DNA from: Hyaloraphidium curvatum SAG 235-1
Lineage: Eukaryota; Fungi; Monoblepharomycota
DNA length: 64,000 nucleotides
Assembly (NCBI GenBank): GCA_025558095.1
Contig: JAIVFI010000008.1
Location: 372,001 to 436,000 of the forward strand
Reading direction: 5' to 3'
The position numbers and the translations under genes were made by a program. Positions 19,813 through 31,494 of the stretch are shown piece by piece. Numbering within the stretch: the first letter of the stretch is position 1; each line of letters begins with the position of its first letter. The notes beneath the pieces were generated by a model. It was given only the letters and a program-made list of their open reading frames with translations. It did no database searches and was not told the origin of the DNA.

Positions 19813-21025
19813 ATGGACCTTGCATCGCTACTCTATGCCCTGGTCGGCATTGCCGCCTTCCTTTATGTTGCCAAGATTGCCTACCGGTGCGGAAGGGCCT
19901 GCCTTGCCGTCCGCAGGCCGGTTCTCACCCCTCCTCTACTCGTCCGGACTCTGCGCACATCAGCAAATTCTTCATCGATGTTGACGACGACATCCCGACG
20001 GTCTCGTATATTCCCCTCTTGGGCGCCCAGAAGGACAAGCTTCAGTCGCTCCACACGATGAGTGTCGACAAAGCGCGCGAGCACGGTCCGGTTTACCGCG
20101 AGGTCAACTGGTTGAGGCCGTGGATGCGGACGGTCAACATTACCGATCCGAATCTTCTGAAGGTGTGGCGTTTGTCTAGCAGCAGTGGCGTCTGCTACCC
20201 AAACCCGATTTCAGGAAGTTTACGTCGGCAAGAACTGGAACCTGTTCACTCGCGGTCACCCCATTCTCGAGAGCTTCCTCCCGTACTCGGAGGGCATAAT
20301 CCACTTGCCTAATGCCGATACGTGGAGAGAAGTTCGCGGGATGTTTGATCCCCCCTTCCTCTTCTTTTCTTTCGGACGCTCCTCGCCTTCTGCGCCTACG
20401 AGCTCTCCAAGCGCCCCGATCTCCAGGCCGCCATCCGCAAGGAAGTCGAGGAGGTCACTGGCGGCGCCGAGCTCGACAACCTCGAGGTCCTCGAGAAGTG
20501 CAAGGTGCTGAACGCGTGCATCAAGGAAACCCTGCGTCGCTACCCTTCCGCACCCGGCGGTGCGGGGAGAGCCATCCACCTGGACCTTGACTTCCGGTAC
20601 ACCGACATCGCGGGGAAATCGCGGCTCATCAAGTTCCGTAAGGGGGATATGGTCAACACCGCCATCTACGCCATCCAGAACATGCCGGGGTTCTGGGTGA
20701 AGGACCCCCAGGTGTGGAGCCCGGAACGGTTCTACGAGGAACCCAACGGCGACTCCAAGGCCGGGCTGTTTGCCTACTGTGGGTCTCCCTTCTTGCGCGC
20801 GGTCTGCTGCCCTTCTCAGCCCTTCTCACCCCCCACGCAGCTCCCTTCGGCAACGGCGCCAGGCGCTGCCTTGGCGAGCGGCTCGCCCTGGGGGAGGCAC
20901 GGCTGTGCTTCGCTTCCATCCTCCGGAAGTGGGAGCTGGAACCCGTCCCGTTCAACTTTGTCGAGATCTTCAAGGGCACGATCGCGCCCAACAAGTGCAT
21001 TGTCAAGCTGAAGCCCGTCGTTTGA
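19813..21025 (+). pseudogene. Cytochrome P450 with large internal deletion/frameshift (probable pseudogene or assembly defect)
   Basis: The N-terminal anchor, C-helix WREVRGMFDPPF, K-helix ETLR, PERF and heme motif FGNGARRCLG are present. Helices D to mid-I are absent and the frame shifts at ~20360-20376. Confidence 0.7.
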
Positions 21026-21194
21026 GGATTGGAACACGTCGATATCCTTTGGACGCCCCATGGCTCGAAGTGGAGATAGAGAAGTGCTATGTACAAGATG
21101 CCTTTACATTCATTCTTCCTTGATGGACGTCCCGCGTCCAGCCAGTCCCTCGCTCCACCTCTCCCCTGAAACAGCTTGCCTTCGCAGGCCGCCT

Positions 21195-23025
21195 TCACTT
21201 GAACGACGCGGGGGAAGGCGGGGGCGCCGGCGGCAGGAACCCGTCCTCCTCCAGCGCGTCGTCCAGCGCGAGCCTGTCCAGCGACTCGACGAACGCCCCC
21301 CTGTCGTACGCCTTCTGGCTTGCCCGCGGGGCCGACCTCGGCGGGTTGCTTATCCGACGGCCCGACGGCGGCGTCCGGTACGGATCGTCCTGCGCCGGCG
21401 GCGGGCGCGCCGATAGGTCCCCGGCAATCTCCACAGCGTGTCCGTCGAGCGGCACCGCGGGCGGATACCGCAATCTGGGCGGCTTCCCCCGCTCCTCCGC
21501 CTCCGCATCGTCCTTCGGCTTCGCCCCGTTGACCGTCTCGTCGCTGCGCTCCGTCCCCGAGCCGTCCTCGTGTTCGTGCGCGTCGCCCGCGAACGTGGCC
21601 GCGTCGCCGTCGGCCGAGTCGGTGCTTTTGCGAGGATCGGCTTCCTCTGCTTCGCCGACGGGCGCGGGCTCGGCCGATCTCCGGCGGCGCCGCCGTCCGG
21701 CCTCGCGGTCCGCTTCCCGCTCCGAGACCGCGGGTTCCGTCTCGCCGTCCAGCTCGCGGCGCCATTTCTCCAGCACGGCGCCCGAGGAAGAAGTCCGTCC
21801 CAAGGAGGAAGGCGGGCGGGGGCTCTCGCCCGCGCCGCTGACGCTGCGCACCGACATCCTGCCGCTCGATCGGGATTCCGAGCGTCCGTACTGCCGGATC
21901 AGCAGGCTGCGGTCAGGTTTGGGCGTCCCCGGTAATGCCGAGCCCTCGGCGAGGAGCAGTGCCACGCCGAGGCGGTCCGCGGCGTCACGCCCCACGGCAC
22001 GGACCACCCGCATCGCCAGCTCGTCCACGGAGAGACCCTCCGCGGCCGCGCGGGCGCGCACGGCCTCCTGTGCCGCCGGGTCCCCCGAGATCACGCCGGG
22101 GATCTTGCCGAGCACGAGGTCGCCCGCGACCCCGTCCGGCAGCATCTCCCCCGCGCCAATGTCCCTGAGCCCCTCGGCGCCGACGACGCGGACCACCTGG
22201 CGCACCACGTCCTCCATGCGCTCGTTGGTGGCCCGCGCGCAGGCACGGAGCTCGGCGAGCCCGCGGACCTGGCCGAGCAGGAACATGCCGCAGGCCGAGG
22301 CGGCGGGCTCGACGTGCACGGTCTCTACGAAGCCGCCCAGCGAGGCGCGCGCGGCTGCGGCCTCTGCGGCGGCGGCGCGCGGGTTGCGGGCGGCCGAGAT
22401 GGCGTACTCGAAGATCGGGAGCACCTGGGCGCGGGACTGCGCCAGGGGCAGGGTGAAGATGCGCAGGCACGTGGGGAGCGCGATGGCCGCGGGCTGCACG
22501 TGGTGGTCCATCGACATGGAGAACTGCGTGAGCGTGGCGTCGGTGTGGGTGAGCACCAGCACCACGGGCAGCTTCGGGTTGCGCGGCGCGATCTCCTCGT
22601 CCCACCACTGAACAGGCGGAGGCGGTCAGCACAAATCGCAGGTTGCGTCCGATCGCTCGACAACCCACCCTATTTAAAACGGCGTCCAGGCTGCCCTTGC
22701 GGGCGACGTCGACGAGGACCAGCGCCAGATCGGCGCGCCGCAGCAGCTCGTCGTTGCGGGCCCGCATGCGCTGGTTGATGACGTCCAGGCGGAGGTACGC
22801 GCGCACCTCCGAGATCTCCTCGAAGTGCGCGACGGCGTCCCTGTCTGCGTGCGTGGGGGCGGCCACCGTCGCCGACAGCGGGATGGGCGACGTCTCCTTC
22901 GGCGCGCCGTCGGCGTCCCACGCCTGCAGCAGCTGCGACTTGCCGGTGTGCGGCTCGCCGCATAAGACTATCAGCGGGCTGCGGGCGGCGCCCAGCCCGA
23001 CAAGCGACAGCAGCGCGGAGCTCAT
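21195..23025 (-). CDS. Divergent Ras/Miro-like small GTPase domain with long low-complexity C-terminal tail
   Basis: LIVLCGEPHTGKS (P-loop), ADLALVLVDV and LPVVLVLTHTD (G4 position). One intron at ~22610-22670. Confidence 0.6.
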
Positions 23026-23259
23026 GGCCGGGGTGGGCGGCAGCCGCTAGCCAGCGGCAGACTCAGGCACGCCGCCTTAGCGGGAAATGCTATGCCGCCG
23101 CATCATCGGCGGCCCTCGCTAAAGAGCGGATATGGAGCCGGAGGGCGGGGGGAGCGCCGGTCGGAAGTTGGGGCGATTCGACTATTCGACTCCGGCTGAC
23201 AAGCGGACGGTCACGAGCCCGGGTGAACCGCAGCAGCGCGATCACGTGAAACGGCCGGG

Positions 23260-24141
23260 ATGGCCTGGGGCGCCGCATCGCGGACGAATAGACTCGCATC
23301 GATTGTATGCCGAGCCCAAAGACCGCGATGGCCCACCGGAACCGTTCGTTCCTTGAACTCCGAGGCCCGCCCACCAGCGGAGCCCCCACAACCCGACCAA
23401 CCGCCGTCGAAGCACTTCATCGTCTCTCAGACCGCGAAGCTGGTCCTGCCCTTCATCCCCACGGCCCTCCACCTCGCCCTTCCTGGCTCCTCACTCCACG
23501 GGTTCACCGAGCTGGACCTTGCCTCAACCGGTCTTCCCCCGCCCTTCTGGGCATTTCTGTGGCCGGGAGGCGCGGCCCTAACCCGATATGTCGCGGAGCA
23601 AGGCAAGACGGGACGGTGGAAGGGCAAACGCGTGCTGGACCTGGGTTCCGGCTGTGGATCGGCCTCGATCGCGGCGGTGCTGGAGGGAGCGGAGGCTGCA
23701 TCTGCCAACGACATCGATCCCTGGGCTGCAGCAGCCTTGGAATGCAACGTGGACGCCACCTGCGAACTGCTGCCGCCGGAGTCTCCCATTCGTGGCGAGC
23801 TCAAGTCCAGGATCCGGCCCCTTGTCGCGGACCTGCTGTCGCCCAAGCTTTCCGACTCCGACCTGTCAAGGCTGCTAGGCGGACACTGGCCTCCCTCCGC
23901 GGTCCTCGTCGGCGACCTCTTTTACGACGGCGACACGGCTGTCCTGGTGATCGCCTTCCTCCGGCGCGCGCGGAATGCCGGGGCCGAAGTGTTGATCGGC
24001 GACCCCGGACGCTGGGCTTTCAAGGGGACCCACGATGGGGCCGACCTTGAAGTGGTGGCCGAGTACCCTCTCTCGGAGCTGGACGGGGCCGTGGAAGAGA
24101 ACGATGGGTGGCGGTCGGTGCACGTCTACGGCATGAGATGA
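23260..24141 (+). CDS. METTL20/ETFBKMT-like protein lysine methyltransferase
   Basis: PPFWAFLWPGGAALTRY, VLDLGSGCG, ANDIDP, VLVGDLFYD and VLIGDPGR. The start is uncertain. Confidence 0.88.
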   Translation: MAWGAASRTNRLASIVCRAQRPRWPTGTVRSLNSEARPPAEPPQPDQPPSKHFIVSQTAKLVLPFIPTALHLALPGSSLHGFTELDLASTGLPPPFWAFLWPGGAALTRYVAEQGKTGRWKGKRVLDLGSGCGSASIAAVLEGAEAASANDIDPWAAAALECNVDATCELLPPESPIRGELKSRIRPLVADLLSPKLSDSDLSRLLGGHWPPSAVLVGDLFYDGDTAVLVIAFLRRARNAGAEVLIGDPGRWAFKGTHDGADLEVVAEYPLSELDGAVEENDGWRSVHVYGMR

Positions 24142-24221
24142 TCGAACGTTGCTATTGTCTGTCGGGTATCGTTCTCTGCCGCTGCTACGTGCCACCTCCC
24201 CTTTGCTCCTCCGTATGCGCC

Positions 24222-25996
24222 TCACATCTGCATCTCAACCTCCCCCACATCCCTCTCAACCTCCCCCACATCCTCCACCACCTCGTCGAAGAACCTCCTC
24301 ACCCTTCTCGCCGACTTCCGGTCCAGCGACGCCGCAACCAGCTCCGCCTCGCTCGCCGCCGCGATCCCCGCCAGCGTCTCAAAGGCGTCCTGGAGGATGT
24401 AGCACTCTGCCGCCTCCTCAGCTCCCCGCTGCCCACGGTGCTCCCGGCGATCTGCCCACCGTGCTCCTTGAGGGGCCGGTCGCCGCCCAGGGCGGCCAGC
24501 AGCGGCATCCATTTCTTGGGATCGGACATGTCGGGCGCGCCGAGCACGGGGAACTGCGACCGGCGTCAGCCTGCGCCCGATCCGCCGCCGGCATGGAGGA
24601 GTACGCACTGCGTCGATCGGGGTCAGCCCCTGCGCAGCGGCCGACGCCCTCGCCACCGCCGCGACATGGTTGACGGCCTCGTCCGGGGTGCGGAACGGGA
24701 GCGGGAAGGCGAAGATGCCGCGCGAGACGAGGCTATTTGGGGGGTCAGCCGACGCACGGGCGCGGCGGTGCGTGCGGCGCACTTTTGCTGCAGCCGGAAG
24801 AGATCCTGTTCCCGGCCGCGGACGAGGGGGAAGAGCACGTGGATCGACGAGTATTTGGTTTGCGCGCATGCGATCCTGAAGCAAGGGGGTCAGCGGGGAC
24901 GGGATCATCGTGATCGGGGCCGTACCGTTCAAGCACTTCGGGCGCGGGATCGGAGCTTGCGACGCAGATGAAGGCCGCTGATCCCGGCCGCACCGAGACA
25001 TCGGCGGGGTTAGCAGGGGTCACCTCGCAGACTGGATCGGTCAGATCATTGGCACCGCGGGGCTTAGGAGCACCAACACCGCAGCCGAGCGTTTGGCAGC
25101 ACCTTGAGCCCCGCGCAGACCTCGGACCACGGCGCGGCGTCGGCGAGGCCCTTGTTGAACAGCACGACGGGAACCACGGGTCGGCGCGGGCTCGGTTCGG
25201 GAACGGGCTGCGGGGCGGGGCGGCGGGGACGGGGAGGGGCGAGGTGCAGGTCGGGGCTGCTCCAGTCCGGGGCAGGCTGCTCGGGAGGGGCGAGGTCGAC
25301 TGCCGGCCGGGGCTGGATGAAGTCGTCAACGTCGATCGGGTCCTCGTCGAGGTCCTGGGGTGCGATCGGCTGCATGTAGCTAGGCGGCGCGATCGGCTGT
25401 CGGTGCGGAATGGGCCGCGGCTGCTGGAAGCGGGGCGGCGCCGCGGGCTGCCTGTAGTCGTCGCCTGGCATCTGCTCGTTGTATCGGCTGGAGTTCTGTC
25501 CTGTTTGGAAGCGATCGATCGGAGAGACGCGTGTCTGGCGGGCTGGAACCGCGGCGAACTTCGGAGGGCGTGCGTCCTCGAACGCGTCCTGCTCCCGCGC
25601 GCGGCCGCGCGTCGGCTGTCCCAGCTCGTGTTCCGTCGTTGTTCTCGCGCCCCTCGATTCGGTCGCGCCGAGTATGAATGGCCGAGGCTTGGCGGGACCA
25701 CGCGTTGCGACGGGCATGATCGGTGACGCGGCCGTCTGCGCGGGGGCCCCGGCCGCCGTCCGCGGCGCAAAGGGGTGCATCTTCTGCACTGTTGCGCCGC
25801 CCGCGGACGGGTGGAACGGGTTCCTGTGCGCGCTGGGCGTGCTAGCGAACGCCGGGACGGCGGGAGCGAACGGATTCGCCGCGTTCGAAACGGCCGGCGG
25901 CGGCGGCAGCGGGGCGGCCTTCGGGCGCGGCGGCGGCATTCCTTTGATGCCGCCGTGCGAATCGCCGCGGCGCTGGTTGATCGGGGCGCGGCTCAT
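24222..25996 (-). CDS. SPO16/SCRE (C1orf146)-like ERCC1-fold protein with HhH C-terminus and Pro-rich N-terminal extension
   Basis: PGSAAFI, LFRLQQNL...PLPFRTPDEAVNHVAAVAR and ECYILQDAFETLAGIAAASEAEL...ARRVRRFF resemble the inactive XPF/ERCC1-like partners (SCRE, FAAP24). Confidence 0.55.
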
Positions 25997-26151
25997 TTGG
26001 CGCTGCTCGTGGCAAACGGGGTGGCGGGCGCCGCCTTCGATCGGATCGGCTCGCTGGCGACGTCTCCCGGATCTCCTTTCTCGCGCACTCCACGCCCGGG
26101 GGCAGGCTCCGCATTCAATCGGCGGGAGCTAGCGCGGAGGGACACGCGACG

Positions 26152-28237
26152 ATGCCGTACACGCGCGTCCACGAGGATGCCCGCAACGCGGCAATCGCGC
26201 TGCTCGGGCACGTCGGCTTCGACACCCCGGAGACGCGTGCCCTCGTCGCCGCCGCGATTCTCGAGGGTTCGAAGGAACCATTTGTTCCGTCGCCCTTCAA
26301 AGTCGCCCAGATGATTACGGGACTCACGACGGCCATCTCCGTGCTTGCCAACATCATCTCGGAGCAACGGCTCGGGAGGACACAGGAGGCCAGGATAGAC
26401 GTCGACCACGCTGTGGGGACCTGCACCTCCCATTTCAACGTGGAGTTCCAAGGGGCAACGGGACGCTTCATGCGGTTCCTCCCGGCGTCGGCCTACCTCG
26501 AGGAGGACGCCACGACGGCCGACCCGTTGCGGTGGGAGGCAGAAATGGCAGCCCGCCAAACCATCTGTTGACCGACCACCGGATTGCCGCAGACGGTTCC
26601 GGGAAATCTTCAACACGACCCATCGAGCCAAAGACGGTTACATTTATTTCTACATGCGGGTAAGAAGGCGACCATTTCCCGTCGCCGAGTCCCCGTTGCT
26701 GACGAGCCACCATCAGGTCACGGACACGCCCGAGGGGATTCTTGAGGCACTGGGATTCCGCAAGGAAGAGATCCCCGCGCTCATTGAAATGACGCGGACC
26801 TCCCCAGAAACGCGGAAAGCCTACCTGGAGCGCTTCACCTCCAAGGTGCGCGAATGGAAGGCGTCGGACCTGGAGAAGCACATGCGCACGCGCAACACGG
26901 GGGCCGTGGTCGTCCCCATGTCGCGCGAGGCCTTCCTGCAGACGGAGCAGGGCAGGATCGTGTCGAAGCTGCCGCCGGTGGAGGTCATCCCGCAGCAGAA
27001 GCCCGCGGGTGCGAGGGCGGGCGCGTGGGCGCCGACGCCGTGGTCCAAGCTCGCGGACCCGTCCAAGGGGCTGCTGCACGGGATCAAGTACCTGGAGCTC
27101 ACGCGGATCCTGATGGGGCCGCGGATCGGCTGCGTGCTGGGGATCTTCAACGGCAACGGGATCAAGGTGTCTTCGCCGGCGCTCGAGGACGCGATGCTGG
27201 CGTCGATCGACCTCAACTGCGGCAAGCGCTGCATCTACCTGGACCTGAAGTCGGACGAGGGAAAGAAGGTCTTCCGGGATCTAATCCTTGACGCGGACGT
27301 GGTGATTCAGAACAATACCTACGGGGCGATGGATCGGCTCGGGTTCGGCGTCAAGGATGTGATGGAGCTCGTGAAGGACAGGGATCGGGGCATCATCTAC
27401 GCGCAGGGCAACGCCTTTTCCTTCCACGGTCGGCTCGGGCGTTCCTCAGATCCTCGATGGCGGCTGATCGTGCCTTCCAGGGCCTGACGCGTCAGCTGCT
27501 GGATACGAGCACCTCGCGCAGATGATCTCGGGGATCGCGGTGGAGCAGGGCCGGTACGCCAAGCACGAACCACCCGTCGACACGCCCATCCCCTCGGCAG
27601 TGCCGGTCAACATCCTCGATGTCGGCACCGGGTGAGCCCGTCCGGCTCCGATCGAACTTCTTTGAGTTTGGCTGACTTTGCTTCCTGTGGTCGCAAGGCA
27701 CATGGGCGGCCTCGGCATCCTCTCCGCTCTGCAGCGCCGGGCCCAATTCGGCGGGTCGTACGTCGTCCAAGTCTCGCTGCTCCAATCGGCTCTCTTCCTC
27801 CAGTCCCTCGGCAAGCAGCCGGACGACGTCGTGACCGATCTTTGGAAGCGGTGGGTCTGCCAAAAGCTCTGCTGTCGTCGAACTTCCTGACAGCTATCCC
27901 AAGGTACCGTCCGGAAAGCTCAGTCATCGACCCCGAGGCGCCCCTCGTCGGCACGATGGGCTACTTCTCGGGCTTCCAGAGCGAGTACCTCCGCGAAGGA
28001 CACCACGAATCGTACAGGGATGACTTCTTCATGGAGTACGACGGAACGGGCTTCCCGGGCAGCCGGGTCCGGGTGCTCAAGCCGGTGCTCCGGATGAGCA
28101 TCGACACCCCCCGCTATCGGATCGCGCCGAGGCCGTTCGGGTTCGACAAGACCACCCGGTTTGAGGAATATGAGGACGTGCAGCAAGTGGGGCCCAACGA
28201 GTGCCTCGTGAGACCGCCGGTGCGCACGAGACTTTGA
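26152..28237 (+). CDS. CoA-transferase family III (CaiB/BaiF) protein (multi-exon)
   Basis: LHGIKYLELTRILMGP, DLNCGKRCIYLDLKSDEGK, DADVVIQN, GYEHLAQMISG, GGSYVVQVSLLQ. Confidence 0.9.
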
Positions 28238-28788
28238 GAATAGAGCCGTAGAGCATGACGACGATGGAAACGGGTCTTTGCCTGGTCCGTGAAGGCCGGC
28301 GGACACTCTCTAGATATCTGGGAGCTGGTCCCGAGTCCGCATCGCTGGAGCCGAGCAAAGACGAGACGTCTCCCACAATGCTGCCCGTCGATCGGGAAGG
28401 ACCGGAGTGAGGGAATGGCTGGAAAGTGATCGGGCCTCGAGCACCAGTGTTCGGGTCGGGAAAGTGCCAACGTCACGTCCGGTCCCAAAGCCAACATCGC
28501 GCTTTGGCCGGGCCGCCTCCTCCTTGCCGTCGTCGCCCTCGTCGTCGGTGCGTCCCTCGCGGGCCCGCTGCCGCCCCGCGCCCCGGCCGCCGCTGACCGC
28601 CGACCCCAACGCCACTGCCACGCCCCGCCGCCTCTCGACAACGATTCAACACCGCCGGCGCCGCATCGCCCCCGGCAACCCGCCGTACGCCACGCCTGTT
28701 CGGCGCCCCAGCGGTTCTTCTCCCGCAGCTCGAACGCGCGGCCAGGAATCAACCCCGCCTCGCCGACTTCGAACACGCCGACATCGTC

Positions 28789-31416
28789 ATGGAGGTGCGA
28801 CCCAGCGGAACGCTCCTGTCTTCGGGATCCCATCCTGATCGGCGCTCTCCGTCTCTCGCCGCCCCGTCGGGCTCTCCTGCGCGCCTCCCCGCGGTGCCGA
28901 GCAGCACGAGGCCCCCGCCGGCGAGGACCAGGTCTTCCCTGTCCCGACGAACGCGTCATGGCCCAAGGCGCACGTCTCTTCGCTCGAGGAGTACCAGAAG
29001 ATGCACGAGCAGTCTATCAAGGACCCGAAGGAGTTCTGGCGCAAGGTTCGTGGCGCTGATCCCGCCCGCCCGGCTTGATCCGAGGTTCGCGGTCTGACCT
29101 CCGCGACCACCAGATCGCCTCCGAGGAGATTAGCTGGTTCAGGCCCTTCTCGACCGTCTTCTCGGGCTCCTTCGTCGACGGCGACGTCGCGTGGTTCCAC
29201 GATGGCTACCTGAACGTGGCGTACAACTGCGGTGCGTGGCGCCACTCCTCAGTGATCCACTGGATCTCATCTCGGCCACCTCCTCCGCGGACCCGCTCCC
29301 TGCTTTCCAGTCGACCGCCACGCTTTCAAGAACCCTGATAAGGTCGCCATCATCTGGGAGTCGGACGAGCCCGGCCAGCACGTCCACATCACCTACGGCG
29401 AGCTCCTCAAGCAGGTCTCGCTCGCGGCCAACATGCTCAAGGCCAACGGCGTCAAGAAGGGCGACACCGTCATCATCTACCTGCCCATGGTGCCCGAGGC
29501 CGTCTACGCCATGCTGGCGTGCGCCCGCATCGGTGCCGTCCACAGGTGCGCGATCGCTGGCCTCAAACACCGGTCGCTGGGGCTCACATCTGGTCGATTC
29601 CAGTGTCGTGTTCGCCGGATTCTCCGCCGAGGCGCTCCGCGACCGTATCCAGGACCTCGGCTGCAAGGTCGTCATCACGGCAGACCAGGGTATGCGCGGC
29701 GGCAAGCCCACGCACCTCAAGAAGATCACCGACCAGGCCCTCCTCGAGTGCCCCCTGGTCGAGAAGTGCATCGTCTTCCAGCGCACCGGCGACTTTGACG
29801 TCCCGATCCACAAAGGCCGCGACATCTGGTGGCACGAGGAGATCGCCAAGCAGCGCCCTTACTGCCCGCCAGAGATGATGAACGCCGAGGACCCTCTCTT
29901 CGTTCTTTACACCTCGGGCTCTACCGGGAAGCGTGGGTGATCTCGACGGGGCCCGACCTCGAACCCGTGACTGATCTTTTCTTGCAGCCAAGGGCGTGCT
30001 CCACACCACCGGCGGCTACCTCGTCGGCGTCCACGTCAGCACCAAGTACGTCTTTGACGTGCACGAGGGCGACGTCTTCGGCTGCATGGCCGACGTCGGC
30101 TGGATCACCGGGCACTCGTACATCACCTACGGCCCGCTGTCGGTCGGCACGACCACGGTCGTGTTCGAGTCGATCCCCACCTACCCCAACGCCAGCCGCT
30201 ACTGGCAGCTCGTCCAGACTCACAAGATCACCCAGTTCTACACCGCCCCGACGGCCATCCGCGCCCTCCGCCGCCTCGGAGACCAGTGGGTCGACGGCTT
30301 TGACCTCTCCAGCCTGAGGGTCCTCGGCTCCGTGGGCGAGCCCATCAACCGTGAGCACTTGTTTGGATTGTACCTCGCCGGTCCTTGGCCTTGACGCACC
30401 ACGCCCCGCCCTCCAGCCGAGGCCTGGATCTGGTACAACGACAAGATCGGCAAGGGCAAGTGCGCCATCGTCGACACGTACTGGCAGACCGAGGCCGGCT
30501 CGATCATGCTGTCTCCCCTGCCCGGCGCGATCCCCACCAAGCCCGGGTCCGCCACCTTTGCCTTCTTCGGTTTCGAGCCCGCGGTCCTCGATGCCACCAC
30601 CGGCAAGGAGCTGCAGGGCAACGGCGTCACCGGCGTCCTGGCCATCAAGAACCCCTGGCCCAGCATGGCCCGCACCATCCTCGGCGACCACGCCCGCTAC
30701 CTCGAGACCTACATGTCGGTCTACAAGGGGTACTACTTCACTGGCGACGGTGTCACCCGCGACAAGGACGGGTACTACTGGATCCGCGGCCGCGTCGACG
30801 ACGTCATCAACGTCTCGGGCCACCGTCTCTCGACCGCCGAGATCGAGTCCGCCCTCATCCTCCACCCCGCGTGCGCCGAGGCCGCCGTCATCGGCGTCAA
30901 CGACGACGTCACTGGGTGAGTTACCCCGGTCCAGAGTTGTTCGACGGTGGGCTAATGTCGTTCATTCCAGCCAAGCCATCTTCTGCTTCGTCTCGCTTAA
31001 GGGCGACGACGCACCCCCCCAAACCCCCCACGACCTCGCAACCTCCACCGCCCACCTCAAGGAGCAGTCGAAGGAGGCCCGCGACGCCGAGTACCTCAAG
31101 AAGACGGCGCAGTCCCTGATCCACCAGGTCCGGAGCCACATCGGACCTTTTGCCTCGCCGAAGCGGATCGTTATCGTCGGCGACTTGCCGAAGACCCGGT
31201 CCGGAAAGAGTGGGTTGATTTATTGCTCCCTGTTTTCGCCCCGGCTGACTATTCTCCTCAGTCATGCGCCGCGTGCTGCGCAAGATCGCCAACGGCGACG
31301 TCACCACGACGACCGAGGAGGACATGGGCAAGCTCGGCGACCTGTCGACTCTGTCGGACCCCGGAATTGTGCCGCAACTCATCCAGAAGGTGCACGGGCT
31401 CGCCAACGGCAAGTAG
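28789..31416 (+). CDS. ACS1: Acetyl-CoA synthetase (multi-exon)
   Basis: [58 protein letters not shown] and LPKTRSGK. The 5' end is uncertain. Confidence 0.96.
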
Positions 31417-31494
31417 ATGTATGGCGTCGTTGGGCTTTGGAGGAATTCCATCATGGTGGTGTGAGCAGAGGAGCGTCGTTGCCAAGCGAATACA

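Noticed and set aside
26152-31416. CoA-transferase III next to acetyl-CoA synthetase (with enoyl-CoA isomerase and P450 nearby) as a metabolic cluster
   Set aside because: The enzymes are generic and interspersed with unrelated housekeeping genes, with no shared pathway or regulator evident.
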